In this document: piece after piece, positions 46,309 through 55,102 of the stretch | Layout: every line of letters begins with the position of its first letter | Numbering within the stretch: the stretch's first letter is position 1 | Assembly: GCA_964654205.1 (NCBI GenBank) | Contig: CAZZHR010000001.1 | Span: forward strand, 65,953 to 129,952 | Reading direction: 5' to 3' | Origin: an uncultured Candidatus Saccharibacteria bacterium | GTDB taxonomy: Bacteria; Patescibacteriota; Minisyncoccia; Phycocordibacterales; UBA2100 | Length of the DNA: 64,000 nt | Program-made: the position numbers and the translations under genes | Notes under the pieces: model-generated | Databases searched by the model: none | Told to the model about the DNA's origin: nothing | Seen by the model: the letters and a program-made list of their open reading frames with translations, nothing else

Positions 46309-46370
46309 CCCAGCCCCAGTTTTGGACGTTGGAAAAGTAACCAATTTTCAAAACTGGAGCTGGGTTTTTC
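46309..46370 (+). promoter_or_regulatory. Leader stem-loop (CCCAGCCCCAGTTTTG ... CAAAACTGGAGCTGGG) followed by TTTTTC, 8 bp before rpsS start; attenuator-like
   Basis: 16-bp arms with 1 mismatch and a 24-nt loop. It is related in sequence to the inverted repeat at 49201..49306. Confidence 0.5.
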
Positions 46371-46378
46371 TAAGAAAT

Positions 46379-46720
46379 ATGGCGCGAAGTCTCAAAAAGG
46401 GTCCGTTCGTCGACGAGAAGTTGATGAAGAAAGTCCAGAGCCGCAAGTCCGGCGCTGGTTCTATTAAGACGTGGGCCCGCCGCTCGCAAATCGCTCCCGA
46501 ATTCGTGGGGTACACATTTGCAGTACACACCGGCAAAAACTTCGAGGAGGTGCTCGTGACCGAGGATATGGTGGGACACCGCCTTGGCGAATTCGCCCCG
46601 ACGACCAAGTTTGTCCGTCACGGCGGCAAGATGCAGAAGGAGATTGAGATGGCAAAGCAGCAGAGCGAGATAGCTGCTGCGCAGGCCGCGAAAGCGACCG
46701 CTGCTACGGCGAAGAAATAG
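46379..46720 (+). CDS. rpsS: 30S ribosomal protein S19 (with Ala/Lys-rich C-terminal extension)
   Basis: '[15 protein letters not shown]..' and '[23 protein letters not shown]' S19 pattern. Confidence 0.93.
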   Translation: MARSLKKGPFVDEKLMKKVQSRKSGAGSIKTWARRSQIAPEFVGYTFAVHTGKNFEEVLVTEDMVGHRLGEFAPTTKFVRHGGKMQKEIEMAKQQSEIAAAQAAKATAATAKK

Positions 46721-46738
46721 TCTGGTTACTTCTCACCT

Positions 46739-47167
46739 ATGAAAGCGCTTCTTACAAATTTTCACCAGTCTCCGCGCAAGGTGCGCCTCGTCGCCAACCT
46801 CATCCGCGGCAAGTCGGTGCCGGTCGCTCACACGACGCTCTCATACGACCCGCACAAATCGTCGGCAGCCATATTGAAGCTCCTTGAGAGCGCGATAGCA
46901 AACGCGCGTCAGAAAGGCGCTTCACCCGAGGACCTCTTTGTGAAGACCATCACCGTCAACAAAGGTGCGGTGCTTCACCGCTTCATGCCGAAGGCCCGCG
47001 GCCGCGCTGCGCGCTATGCGAAGACGATGAGCATTATTGCCCTCGAGCTCGGTGAGAATGCTGCGCCAAAGAATCCGCCAGCTGGCGGAGCGAAAAAGGC
47101 CGCCAAGAAAGCTTCGAAAAAAGCTGCAAAGAAAGCCGCAAAGCCCGCGGAAGCGAAGACTGAATAA
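46739..47167 (+). CDS. rplV: 50S ribosomal protein L22 (C-terminal Lys/Ala tail)
   Basis: 'SPRKVRLVANLIRGKSV..A...L' L22 pattern. Confidence 0.92.
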   Translation: MKALLTNFHQSPRKVRLVANLIRGKSVPVAHTTLSYDPHKSSAAILKLLESAIANARQKGASPEDLFVKTITVNKGAVLHRFMPKARGRAARYAKTMSIIALELGENAAPKNPPAGGAKKAAKKASKKAAKKAAKPAEAKTE

Positions 47168-47173
47168 ACACAT

Positions 47174-47851
47174 ATGACACACACCGTACATCCATACGCA
47201 CATCGCCTCGGAATCATCCGCGACTGGAAGAGCCGCTGGTTCGCCAAGACGCCTGCGGAGTACCGCATGAACGTCATGATAGATGCGGCCATCCGCCGCT
47301 TCCTCAAGAAGCGTCTGCGCGGTATGTTCATCACCTCGACGGAGATTGAGCGTAGCCAGAACACCATCCGCATCCTCCTCAAGACCTCGCGCCCGGGACT
47401 CGTCATTGGTCGCGGCGGAGAGGGGAGCACGAAGGTCACAAAAGAGATAGAGAAGATCATCGGCTCCGTGAAAGGCGCGCCGAAAATGCAGGTCCGCCTC
47501 GATATCGAGGAAGTCCGCTCGCCTGAGAGCCAGGCACCTGTCGTCGCCTATATGGTCGCCGAGGGGCTCGAGAAGCGCCAGACGTTCCGCCGTGTGCTCA
47601 AGCAGACGGTAGAGAAGGTGATGGCCAACCGCGACGTGCAGGGTGTCCGCATCGCAGTATCCGGCCGCCTCGGCGGAGCGGAGATGTCTCGCCAGGAGGA
47701 GATAAAGAAAGGTCGTGTGCCGCTTCAGACCCTGCGCGCTGACATCGACTTTGCGCGCGAACAGGCGTATCTCCCGTACGGCGTTATCGGTGTCAAAGTC
47801 TGGATATACCGCGGCGAAGTCTTCGACAAAAAAGAAACTGACCGCGCCTAA
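47174..47851 (+). CDS. rpsC: 30S ribosomal protein S3
   Basis: 'VHPYAHRLGII..W.S.WFA' KH domain start and 'GRLGGAEMSRQE' motif. Confidence 0.95.
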   Translation: MTHTVHPYAHRLGIIRDWKSRWFAKTPAEYRMNVMIDAAIRRFLKKRLRGMFITSTEIERSQNTIRILLKTSRPGLVIGRGGEGSTKVTKEIEKIIGSVKGAPKMQVRLDIEEVRSPESQAPVVAYMVAEGLEKRQTFRRVLKQTVEKVMANRDVQGVRIAVSGRLGGAEMSRQEEIKKGRVPLQTLRADIDFAREQAYLPYGVIGVKVWIYRGEVFDKKETDRA

Positions 47852-47881
47852 CACCGACAACCTGTAACCTAAAACCTATCT

Positions 47882-48304
47882 ATGTTGGCACCGAAAAAAA
47901 CAAAATTCCGCAAATGGCAGACCGGCCGCAAGCAGGGAGCGCGCCGCACGAAGCCGGAGACCCGCGGCATCACCGTGGCGTTTGGTTCCTTTGGCCTCAA
48001 GTCGATGACGCAGGCGCGCATCACGTCGAACCAGATCGAAGCAGCCCGACGCGTTATCTCGCGCGCCGGCGGCAAGAGCGCCAAGGTCTGGGTGCGCATT
48101 TTCCCGGACAGGCCTTTCACCCGAAAGCCGTCGGAGGTGCGCATGGGTAGCGGTAAGGGCGATCTTGCGGGATACGTGATGGATGTACGCCCGGGACGCA
48201 TTCTTTTTGAAATAGATGGAGCCACCGAACCGGTAGCGCGCGAAGCGCTCCGCAAAGCCGGTACCAAGCTCCCGGTAAAGACGCGCGTCGTCACTCGTGA
48301 ATAG
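47882..48304 (+). CDS. rplP: 50S ribosomal protein L16
   Basis: 'MLAPKKTKFRK.Q.GR..G' N-terminus, 'RITSNQIEAARR' motif. Confidence 0.95.
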   Translation: MLAPKKTKFRKWQTGRKQGARRTKPETRGITVAFGSFGLKSMTQARITSNQIEAARRVISRAGGKSAKVWVRIFPDRPFTRKPSEVRMGSGKGDLAGYVMDVRPGRILFEIDGATEPVAREALRKAGTKLPVKTRVVTRE

Positions 48305-48308
48305 GCAT

Positions 48309-48527
48309 ATGGCAGACCTCAAGAAAATGGAAACCACGGAGCTCGTGAAGGGCGTCGCAGACAAGCGCGAGGAGCTTCGCTCTATGCGCTTTGGTGCAGC
48401 CGGTAGCCGCTCCCGCAACGTGCGCGAAGGCCGCACGATTAAAAAAGAGATTGCGCAGATGCTCACCGAGCTCAGCGCCCGTCGCATTGCAGAGGGCAAG
48501 CTTGCCCGGCCAGGCGAAACCGCGTAG
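48309..48527 (+). CDS. rpmC: 50S ribosomal protein L29
   Basis: Short helical protein 'ELVKGVADKREELRSMRF..AAGS..R' at the canonical position. Confidence 0.85.
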   Translation: MADLKKMETTELVKGVADKREELRSMRFGAAGSRSRNVREGRTIKKEIAQMLTELSARRIAEGKLARPGETA

Positions 48528-48544
48528 AGTAGCGATTCATTGAT

Positions 48545-48787
48545 ATGACAAGTGAAACGAAACAGGGAAAGACATTTGAAGGCATCGTCGTGAAGTCGGC
48601 GATGAAAGACACTGCCACCGTGCAGGTGGAACGCTTCGTCATGCACCCCAAGTACAAGAAGTATATGAAGCTTTCCAAGAAGTTCCTCGCGCACGATGCT
48701 GGCAATACTGTGGAGGTAGGTACCAAGGTTACCATCAGGGAGGTAAAGCCGATGTCCAAGCGCAAGCGCTTCGTGATAGTGAAATAA
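48545..48787 (+). CDS. rpsQ: 30S ribosomal protein S17
   Basis: 'KTFEGIVVKSAMKDTATVQVER..HPKYKK' S17 pattern. Confidence 0.93.
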   Translation: MTSETKQGKTFEGIVVKSAMKDTATVQVERFVMHPKYKKYMKLSKKFLAHDAGNTVEVGTKVTIREVKPMSKRKRFVIVK

Positions 48788-48791
48788 ATGT

Positions 48792-49163
48792 ATGTTGCAA
48801 GATAGAAGCCTCGTTAAAATAGCGGACAATTCGGGCGGCCAGATAGGACGCGTCTTCAAGATCCTTGGCGGCTCGAAAAAGCGCTACGCGGAAATAGGGG
48901 ACGAGGTCGTCCTCTCCATCCAGACCGCGCAGCCTCGTAAGGCGGTGAAGAAGAAAGACGTGCACCGCGCTGTCGTCGTGCGCCAGAGGAAGCCCTTCCG
49001 TCGCAAGGACGGCAGCTACATCCGCTTCGATGAGAACGCGGTCGTGCTCGTGGAAAAAGACAAGAAGGAGCCAAAGGCCAACCGCGTGTTCGGTCCTATC
49101 CCGCGCGAAGTCGTCGAACGTGGCTACCAGAAAATCGGCTCGCTTGCGCCGGAAGTCGTTTAG
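48792..49163 (+). CDS. rplN: 50S ribosomal protein L14
   Basis: 'MLQDRSLVKIADNSGGQ..RV.KILGGS' L14 pattern. Confidence 0.95.
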   Translation: MLQDRSLVKIADNSGGQIGRVFKILGGSKKRYAEIGDEVVLSIQTAQPRKAVKKKDVHRAVVVRQRKPFRRKDGSYIRFDENAVVLVEKDKKEPKANRVFGPIPREVVERGYQKIGSLAPEVV

Positions 49164-49200
49164 TCGCGCTTACTGAGCGCAGCGAAGTAGCGCGACTTAA

Positions 49201-49306
49201 CCCAGCACCAATTTTGAAAATTGCGAAAGATATGCAAAACTACCGTACTCGGTCCCTTTCCAGAAGTTTCCAGCACATCATGCTGGTACTCAAAATTGGT
49301 GCTGGG
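49201..49306. repeat. Inverted repeat CCCAGCACCAATTTTG / CAAAATTGGTGCTGGG (16-bp perfect arms, 74-nt spacer) in the rplN–rplX gap
   Basis: Read directly. Same consensus as the rpsS leader repeat. Confidence 0.6.
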
Positions 49307-49349
49307 TGTAAGAGCTTCTAAGCTCGTAAACTCGCTAAGAATCTCTAAC

Positions 49350-49415
49350 ATGAAACTCAAAAAAGGAGACCCCAGTACCACAACGCTTCGCGTTGGCTAC
49401 GGGGCAGGCAACTAG
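49350..49415 (+). other. Duplicated 5' end of rplX (decoy/upstream ORF 'MKLKKGDPSTTTLRVGYGAGN')
   Basis: ATGAAACTCAAAAAAGGAGAC vs the genuine ATGAAATTAAAGAAAGGAGAC at 49426. The first 7 codons are identical, then divergent, with a stop after 21 codons. Confidence 0.45.
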
Positions 49416-49425
49416 AATAATCACT

Positions 49426-49737
49426 ATGAAATTAAAGAAAGGAGACAAGGTGGTAATTATTGCGGGTAAGTCTCGCGGTGAGACGGGCACTATCTCGCGC
49501 GTCTTGCCAAAGGAGAACCTCGTCGTCGTAGACGGCGTTAATCTCGTCAAAAGACACCGCCGCGCGACTCGCGCCGGCGGCAAGGGGCAGATAGTCGAGA
49601 AGCCGATGGCGCTACACGCGAGCAACGTGATGCTCGCCGACCCGAAAGGCGGCAAACCGACGCGCATCAAAATCACGCGCGACAAGGAGGGCAAGAGGCA
49701 GCGCGTAGCGGTAAAGAGTGGAAGCGAACTCAAGTAA
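49426..49737 (+). CDS. rplX: 50S ribosomal protein L24
   Basis: 'MKLKKGDKVVIIAGKSRGETG.I..V....N.VVVDGVNLVKRH' KOW motif. Confidence 0.93.
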   Translation: MKLKKGDKVVIIAGKSRGETGTISRVLPKENLVVVDGVNLVKRHRRATRAGGKGQIVEKPMALHASNVMLADPKGGKPTRIKITRDKEGKRQRVAVKSGSELK

Positions 49738-49744
49738 CACGAAT

Positions 49745-50281
49745 ATGAACGCAACAGTCACAAAGAAGAATCGGGTATTCGATGCTATGAAAGGCGACTT
49801 CGGCTACACCTCAGTCATGCAGGCGCCGAAAATCCAGAAAATCGTCGTCTCGACCGGCGTGGGCAAGACCAGCAAGGACAAGAAGCGCATGGAGCTCATC
49901 GTCGACCGCCTTGCTCGCATTACCGGCCAGGCTCCGGCAGAGCGCGCGACAACCAAATCCATTGCCAATTTCAAGACCCGCGTGGGCGATCTCTCGGGCT
50001 ACCAGGTCACGCTCCGCGGGGCGCGCATGGAGAGCTTCCTCGACAAGCTCATCCACGTCGTCTTCCCGCGCGTCAAAGACTTCCGCGGCATTCCGACCAA
50101 ATCAGTCGACGAGATGGGCAACATCTCCATCGGTATCAAGGAGCACACGGTCTTCCCCGAGACGTCGGATGAAGACGCAAAAGATGTCTTTGGCCTCAGC
50201 ATCACCATCACGACGACCGCGAAGGATAGGAAAGAAGCGGAAGCGTTCCTCAGGCACGTGGGAATACCCTTCAGGCAGTAA
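49745..50281 (+). CDS. rplE: 50S ribosomal protein L5
   Basis: 'YTSVMQAPKIQKIVVSTGVG' and 'RGIPTKS.D..GN.S.GI.E' L5 motifs. Confidence 0.93.
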   Translation: MNATVTKKNRVFDAMKGDFGYTSVMQAPKIQKIVVSTGVGKTSKDKKRMELIVDRLARITGQAPAERATTKSIANFKTRVGDLSGYQVTLRGARMESFLDKLIHVVFPRVKDFRGIPTKSVDEMGNISIGIKEHTVFPETSDEDAKDVFGLSITITTTAKDRKEAEAFLRHVGIPFRQ

Positions 50282-50321
50282 GCAGAGTACCGCGCCGAAA
50301 GGCGCGGTATGCTTTTGAGAT

Positions 50322-51014
50322 ATGGCACACAAGGAATTCTGGGATAGGGAATACAGGACGAGCGAGCACCTCGCGCTCTCGACCACGCACTCGGAAGACC
50401 TCGAGAAATTTTGCCGCTACCTCGTGCGACACCACAAGTACCAGTACCTCAACGAAGCGGCGACCGCGCTCGACCTCGGCTGCGGCAACGGCCGCAACCT
50501 CATATTCCTCGCCGAGAATTTTGGCATCCGCGGCACCGGACTTGATATCTCGGACGTGGCGATAGACCACGCGGTGCGGGCGACGGGGGAGTTACCCATA
50601 AAATACGAAGTTCGCTCCATCGCGGAGCCGCTCCCTGTGGCCGATGAATCCCAAACACTCGTGCTCGACATGATGACCTCGCACTTTCTGAAAAAAGCTC
50701 AGCGTGAGGCACTTAGGGCGGAAATCTACCGCGTGCTGCGCCCGGGCGGGTGGCTTTTCTTCAAGTCGTTCCTCGCCGACGAAGACGTGCACACGCGCCG
50801 CATGCTGCGCGAGAGCCCGGCCGACGAAGAGGGCGCATATATTCACCCCGAGCTTGGCGTGTATGAGTACGCGTGGACGCAGGAAGCCGTCGAAGAATTC
50901 TTCTCCGGTCGTGAGTGGGAGCTTCATAAGCTGCACAAATCGCACCGCCACATCCTCAAAAAAGGCCGCCCTGGCAAGCGCCGCACTTTCTCCGCCTACG
51001 TGCAGAAGTTCTAG
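50322..51014 (+). CDS. Class I SAM-dependent methyltransferase
   Basis: Motif I 'ALDLGCGNGRN', motif post-I 'GLDISDVAI', motif II 'VLDMMTSHF', 'VLRPGGWLF'. Confidence 0.75.
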   Translation: MAHKEFWDREYRTSEHLALSTTHSEDLEKFCRYLVRHHKYQYLNEAATALDLGCGNGRNLIFLAENFGIRGTGLDISDVAIDHAVRATGELPIKYEVRSIAEPLPVADESQTLVLDMMTSHFLKKAQREALRAEIYRVLRPGGWLFFKSFLADEDVHTRRMLRESPADEEGAYIHPELGVYEYAWTQEAVEEFFSGREWELHKLHKSHRHILKKGRPGKRRTFSAYVQKF

Positions 51015-51016
51015 GT

Positions 51017-51487
51017 ATGAGACGTGCCATTCTCACGCTCTGCATTATTCAACAGCAGTCGCGAGTTCTCCTCGGGATGAAAAAACGCGGATTTGGCGCA
51101 GGGCGCTGGAATGGTTTCGGCGGCAAGGTTACGGACGGAGAGAGTATTGAAGATGCGGCAAGGCGCGAGATGCGAGAGGAGGCGGGTATTGAGCCCGAGA
51201 ATCTTGAGAAGATGGGAATTATGGAATTTAGTTTCGAACAGAGGCCTGGGGAGGTGCTCGAGGTACATATTTTTCGCAGTACAGCATTTACAGGTACACC
51301 AGTGGAGACGGAGGAGATGGCGCCCGCGTGGTACCCGGAGCGCGAATTGCCGTACGACACAATGTGGCCGAGCGATACGCTGTGGCTCCCTAAGCTTCTC
51401 GCCGGCGAGAAATTCCGCGGCCGCACGCATTTCGGAGAAAAAGACGCAATTCTTGAGAGTTCGGTGCAGGTGGTAGACGACCTGTAA
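51017..51487 (+). CDS. NUDIX hydrolase (MutT/8-oxo-dGTPase-like)
   Basis: NUDIX box 'GGKVTDGESIEDAARREMREEAGI' and 'RWNGFGGK'. Confidence 0.8.
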   Translation: MRRAILTLCIIQQQSRVLLGMKKRGFGAGRWNGFGGKVTDGESIEDAARREMREEAGIEPENLEKMGIMEFSFEQRPGEVLEVHIFRSTAFTGTPVETEEMAPAWYPERELPYDTMWPSDTLWLPKLLAGEKFRGRTHFGEKDAILESSVQVVDDL

Positions 51488-51534
51488 AACAAAACGGGCG
51501 CCCACCGGGCGCCCGTTCGATTTTGCTTCCGCGG

Positions 51535-51771
51535 TCAGCACTTGTTCATGCGGCGGTAGAGCGTGGAGCGGCCGACCTGGAGGACTCGACTGACCTCGGA
51601 GATGTTGCCGACCTCACGAGTGACGAGCTCGAGGATTTCCTGCTTGAGCTCTTCCATGGTCTTGAAGGTGCCGTCCTTCTTCTTGAGGTTGAGCGTGACG
51701 TCCTGCGGGATGCCGTCTTGAAGGTCGATGCCATGAAGAGGGCCTGACTCAAAGCTCGTCTGTGCGTCCAT
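51535..51771 (-). CDS. Small Fis-type helix-turn-helix DNA-binding protein
   Basis: C-terminal 'GNISEVSRVLQVGRSTLYRRMNKC' (HTH_8/Fis family pattern). Confidence 0.55.
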   Translation of the reverse strand: MDAQTSFESGPLHGIDLQDGIPQDVTLNLKKKDGTFKTMEELKQEILELVTREVGNISEVSRVLQVGRSTLYRRMNKC

Positions 51772-51883
51772 GAAAGCCTCCTGGCTGGGACTACTGGCAG
51801 CGTAGTACGCGTGGCGATGAGTCGCAAGCAAAACGGGCGCCCGGGTCTACGCCCTTTCCACTAGGGAATCTCTCAAACGTGAC

Positions 51884-52339
51884 GTGATACTCTATACCGA
51901 TATGAACGACTCATTCCCAAAGTTTTTCACTGTCGGTCCAGACGACTTGGTCGTTCGTGTCGATCGCGACGTAAAATCCGACGAAGTCTCCGGCACCGTT
52001 GTGTCCACCGGTTTTCCGTATCCGCCGGCCAAGGTATTTGTCGAGGGAAACGAAATATCCGCAGCGGAGGCGTCGCGCCGCATGAGCACATCCGGTTCAC
52101 ATACAGAAAGCACGTCCGCTCGTGCACGCGTCGTTAAGGAGGCCAGTCCGAAAGAGCGTAAAGTCGGTACGATTTTGGAAATGCTGAGGACTGTTCTATT
52201 CGCGATATTCGTCGCCACGGTCTCTTTTTGGATATGGCGAATTTTCTTGCCGTATCCATGGGCAGACATCCTCGCGATATTGGGGGGCGTTTCTGTTCTT
52301 TTGAGCAAATACGTTCATCCCAAACGCGGCCGAATGTGA
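51884..52339 (+). CDS. Hypothetical protein with C-terminal TM helices
   Basis: 151-aa ORF. 'ILEMLRTVLFAIFVATVSFWIWRIFLPYPWADILAILGGVSVLL' hydrophobic tail. Confidence 0.4.
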   Translation: MILYTDMNDSFPKFFTVGPDDLVVRVDRDVKSDEVSGTVVSTGFPYPPAKVFVEGNEISAAEASRRMSTSGSHTESTSARARVVKEASPKERKVGTILEMLRTVLFAIFVATVSFWIWRIFLPYPWADILAILGGVSVLLSKYVHPKRGRM

Positions 52340-52523
52340 CGTTTGACTTCCCAGGGCATAAAGACTATATTGTGCAGGCCTCGTAAGGGGCTTTGTTTTT
52401 TAGCAAGTCCCCAGATACATTCTTGGGATACTGCGAGAAACAGAGCACGGATTGAGTTTCTTTAACCCAACATCCGAAAGGTGGGGTGCCGGACTCAAAT
52501 CACTCCTTCTCAGGCGTACACTC

Positions 52524-52709
52524 ATGGCTAAGAAATCAATGATTGTAAAGGCGAATCGAGCCCCGAAGTTCAAGTCGCGGGTCGTGCGTCGCTGCTTCAA
52601 GTGCGGCCGCCCGCGCGGTTTTATGCGTGATTTCAACCTCTGCCGCATCTGCTTCCGCGAAGAGGCGCTCGAGGGCAACATCCCGGGCGTTAAGAAGTCC
52701 AGCTGGTAA
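52524..52709 (+). CDS. rpsN: 30S ribosomal protein S14, zinc-binding type (S14 type Z)
   Basis: 61 aa. 'C.KCGRP....R.F.LCRIC' Cys4 motif. Confidence 0.92.
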   Translation: MAKKSMIVKANRAPKFKSRVVRRCFKCGRPRGFMRDFNLCRICFREEALEGNIPGVKKSSW

Positions 52710-52713
52710 ATCT

Positions 52714-53109
52714 ATGGTAAACGATCCTGTCGGTGACCTCATAAATCGTCTCAAGAACGCGGGTGCGGTGAAGCATGCGTCTGTTTCCGTGCCGTTCTCC
52801 AACTTCAAGCTGGCTATTGCGGAGAAGCTCAAAGATGCGGGCTACGTGCAAGCGGTAGAGAAGAAGGGCAAGAAGGTCAAGAAGACGCTCGATATCGTCA
52901 TCAAGTACACGGACGCGGGTACGCCGGTCATCAAAGGTGTGAGGCGCATCTCCAAGCCCGGGCGCAGGCTCTACAAGAGTGTGCACGACATCGTGCCGGT
53001 CAAATACGGTCACGGTGCTCTTTTCCTCTCGACCCCAGGAGGCATTAAGACCGACAAAGAGGCTCGCAAGGAAAAGGTGGGAGGGGAAGCCCTTTTCGAA
53101 ATTTGGTAA
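52714..53109 (+). CDS. rpsH: 30S ribosomal protein S8
   Basis: 'DP.GD.INR.KNA......V.VP.S..K..IA..L...GY' S8 pattern. Confidence 0.93.
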   Translation: MVNDPVGDLINRLKNAGAVKHASVSVPFSNFKLAIAEKLKDAGYVQAVEKKGKKVKKTLDIVIKYTDAGTPVIKGVRRISKPGRRLYKSVHDIVPVKYGHGALFLSTPGGIKTDKEARKEKVGGEALFEIW

Positions 53110-53117
53110 ATATATTT

Positions 53118-53657
53118 ATGTCACGAATTGGTAAAAGAGAAATACAAATCCCGGCGGGCACCGAAGTGAAGGTGTCGCCTGCGGAGCTGAGCGTAAAAGG
53201 CAAGGGGGGTACCCTTGTGCGCGCCATGCACCCCGCGATATCGATTACGGTCGAGGGCACCGTCGCGAAAGTGGAGCCGAAGAATGATACCCGTCTCGCG
53301 AAGGCGCTCTGGGGTACCTATTCGGCGCATCTGCGCAACATGGTTGCGGGTGTCAACACGCCGTTCGTGAAGAAGCTCGACGTACAGGGCATCGGCTACC
53401 GCGCGGAGCTTGCAGGCAAGCAGATCAAACTCTCGGTCGGCTTCTCGCACCCGGTCCTTGTGAATATCCCAGAAGGCATTACGGTCGGGGTAGACAAGAA
53501 CATCATCACTGTCACGGGAGCCGACAAGGAAGCGCTCGGTCAATTCGCCGCATCGGTGCGCGCGGTGAAAAAGCCGGAACCCTACAAGGGCAAGGGCATT
53601 CGCTACGAGGGCGAGGTTGTCCGCATGAAGCAGGGCAAGAAAGCCGCAACAGCATAA
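53118..53657 (+). CDS. rplF: 50S ribosomal protein L6
   Basis: 'MSRIGK..I.IP.G.EV' start and two alpha/beta repeats. Confidence 0.93.
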   Translation: MSRIGKREIQIPAGTEVKVSPAELSVKGKGGTLVRAMHPAISITVEGTVAKVEPKNDTRLAKALWGTYSAHLRNMVAGVNTPFVKKLDVQGIGYRAELAGKQIKLSVGFSHPVLVNIPEGITVGVDKNIITVTGADKEALGQFAASVRAVKKPEPYKGKGIRYEGEVVRMKQGKKAATA

Positions 53658-53663
53658 TCACGT

Positions 53664-54011
53664 ATGGCTACTTCCAACAAACAAATCGCAAGACAGGTCA
53701 GGCACAAGCGCGTGCGCGCGAAAGTTTCCGGCACGGAATCGCGACCGCGCCTCGCCATCTATCGCTCCAACACGCGCCTCACCGCACAGCTCATCGACGA
53801 CACCAAGGGCACCACGATTGCAGCGGTTTCTTCGGCGGGCGAGAAGGGCAAGACGCCGCGCGAGCGCGCAGAATCTGCTGCGACGACCATCGCGAAGAAA
53901 GCGGGTGAGAAGGGGATTACAGCGGTCGTGTTCGACAGGGGCGGCTTTCAGTACATCGGTACGGTGAAGGCCTTTGCGGATGCGGCTCGCGCAGCGGGGC
54001 TGAAATTTTAA
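53664..54011 (+). CDS. rplR: 50S ribosomal protein L18
   Basis: 'R.KRVRAK..GT..RPRL.I.RSN....AQLIDD' L18 pattern. Confidence 0.92.
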   Translation: MATSNKQIARQVRHKRVRAKVSGTESRPRLAIYRSNTRLTAQLIDDTKGTTIAAVSSAGEKGKTPRERAESAATTIAKKAGEKGITAVVFDRGGFQYIGTVKAFADAARAAGLKF

Positions 54012-54020
54012 AGCAACATT

Positions 54021-54656
54021 ATGATGACCGACACCAACGAAACGAATATGGAGCAGAATGTGACGACGACGGAGGCGCCGGTCGCTGCTGCTGCGCCGAC
54101 GCAAGACAGACGTCCTGCGCGCGGAGGCCAGGGCGGTCGCCCTGGCCGGGCAGGCGATAGGCGGGGAGGTCCTCGCGGCGGTCGCGGCCCAAGGGGCGGC
54201 CAGCGCGATGAGCGAAGAAGTGAGTTTGATTCCAAGATGATAGGCATTCGTCGCGTCGCCCGTGTCATGGCAGGCGGCCGCCGCTTCAACTTCTCCGTCG
54301 CACTCGTGCTCGGCGACAAGAAAGGCCGCGTCGGCGTCGGCGTTGGCAAGGCTGCGGACACCGCGCTCGCCATCGAGAAAGCGACCCGCGCCGCGAAGCG
54401 TCACATGATCCAGCTCAACCTCACCAAGAACCGCTCGATTCGACACAACGTGAGCGCCAAGTACTGCGCCTCGGTCGTCGAAATCCGTCCGAGCCCCGGC
54501 CGCGGACTTGTCGCGGGTTCTTCGGTGCGTACTGTGCTCGAACTCGCGGGTGTGAGCGACGTCACCGCGAAGCTTCTCTCCCGCAGCAAGAACAGCATCA
54601 ACAACGCGCGCGCCGCAGTCGAAGCGCTCAAAAGCATCACCGTAAAGATCAAATAG
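54021..54656 (+). CDS. rpsE: 30S ribosomal protein S5 (Arg/Gly-rich N-terminal extension)
   Basis: 'IGIRRVARVMAGGRRFNFSVALVLGDKKGRVGVGVGKA' S5 dsRBD core. Confidence 0.93.
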   Translation: MMTDTNETNMEQNVTTTEAPVAAAAPTQDRRPARGGQGGRPGRAGDRRGGPRGGRGPRGGQRDERRSEFDSKMIGIRRVARVMAGGRRFNFSVALVLGDKKGRVGVGVGKAADTALAIEKATRAAKRHMIQLNLTKNRSIRHNVSAKYCASVVEIRPSPGRGLVAGSSVRTVLELAGVSDVTAKLLSRSKNSINNARAAVEALKSITVKIK

Positions 54657-54657
54657 T

Positions 54658-55098
54658 ATGGCGTCTCTCAATTCACTCAAAAGGACAGGCAAGCGCCCCT
54701 ATCGCCGTGTCGGTCGTGGTCAGTCCTCGACGCGCGGCAAGCAGTCGGGTCGCGGCGGCAAAGGTCAGAGCGCGCGCGCTGGTCACAAAATCCGCCCGGC
54801 CATCCGCGATATCATCAAGAAGCTCCCGAAGCGCCGTGGCTTTGGCAAGAATCGCGGCCGCACGGTGAATCCGACGAAGCCGGAAGTCGTCGCGGTATCG
54901 CTCACAAAACTCACCGCAGTTTTTGACGGCGGGGATGTTACGCGCGCGCTTCTCATCGAGCGGGGCATTATCGGGCGCAAAGAACGCGCAAAGATAGTCG
55001 GAGGAGAAACTGCAAAAAAATTCACGCTCAAGGGCATCAGCGCCTCTACTTCGGCGAAAGCGGCGATAGAGAAGGCGGGCGGCAGCGTCGTTGCATAA
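54658..55098 (+). CDS. rplO: 50S ribosomal protein L15
   Basis: 'L..LK..G.RP..RVGRG.SS..GK.SGRG.KGQ.AR.G' L15 N-terminus. It directly follows S5, so there is no L30 gene. Confidence 0.92.
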   Translation: MASLNSLKRTGKRPYRRVGRGQSSTRGKQSGRGGKGQSARAGHKIRPAIRDIIKKLPKRRGFGKNRGRTVNPTKPEVVAVSLTKLTAVFDGGDVTRALLIERGIIGRKERAKIVGGETAKKFTLKGISASTSAKAAIEKAGGSVVA

Positions 55099-55102
55099 GA
55101 CT

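Noticed and set aside
46922-48859. Minus-strand ORFs 46922..47860 and 47876..48859
   Set aside because: Antisense to rpsC/rplP/rpmC. Shadow ORFs.
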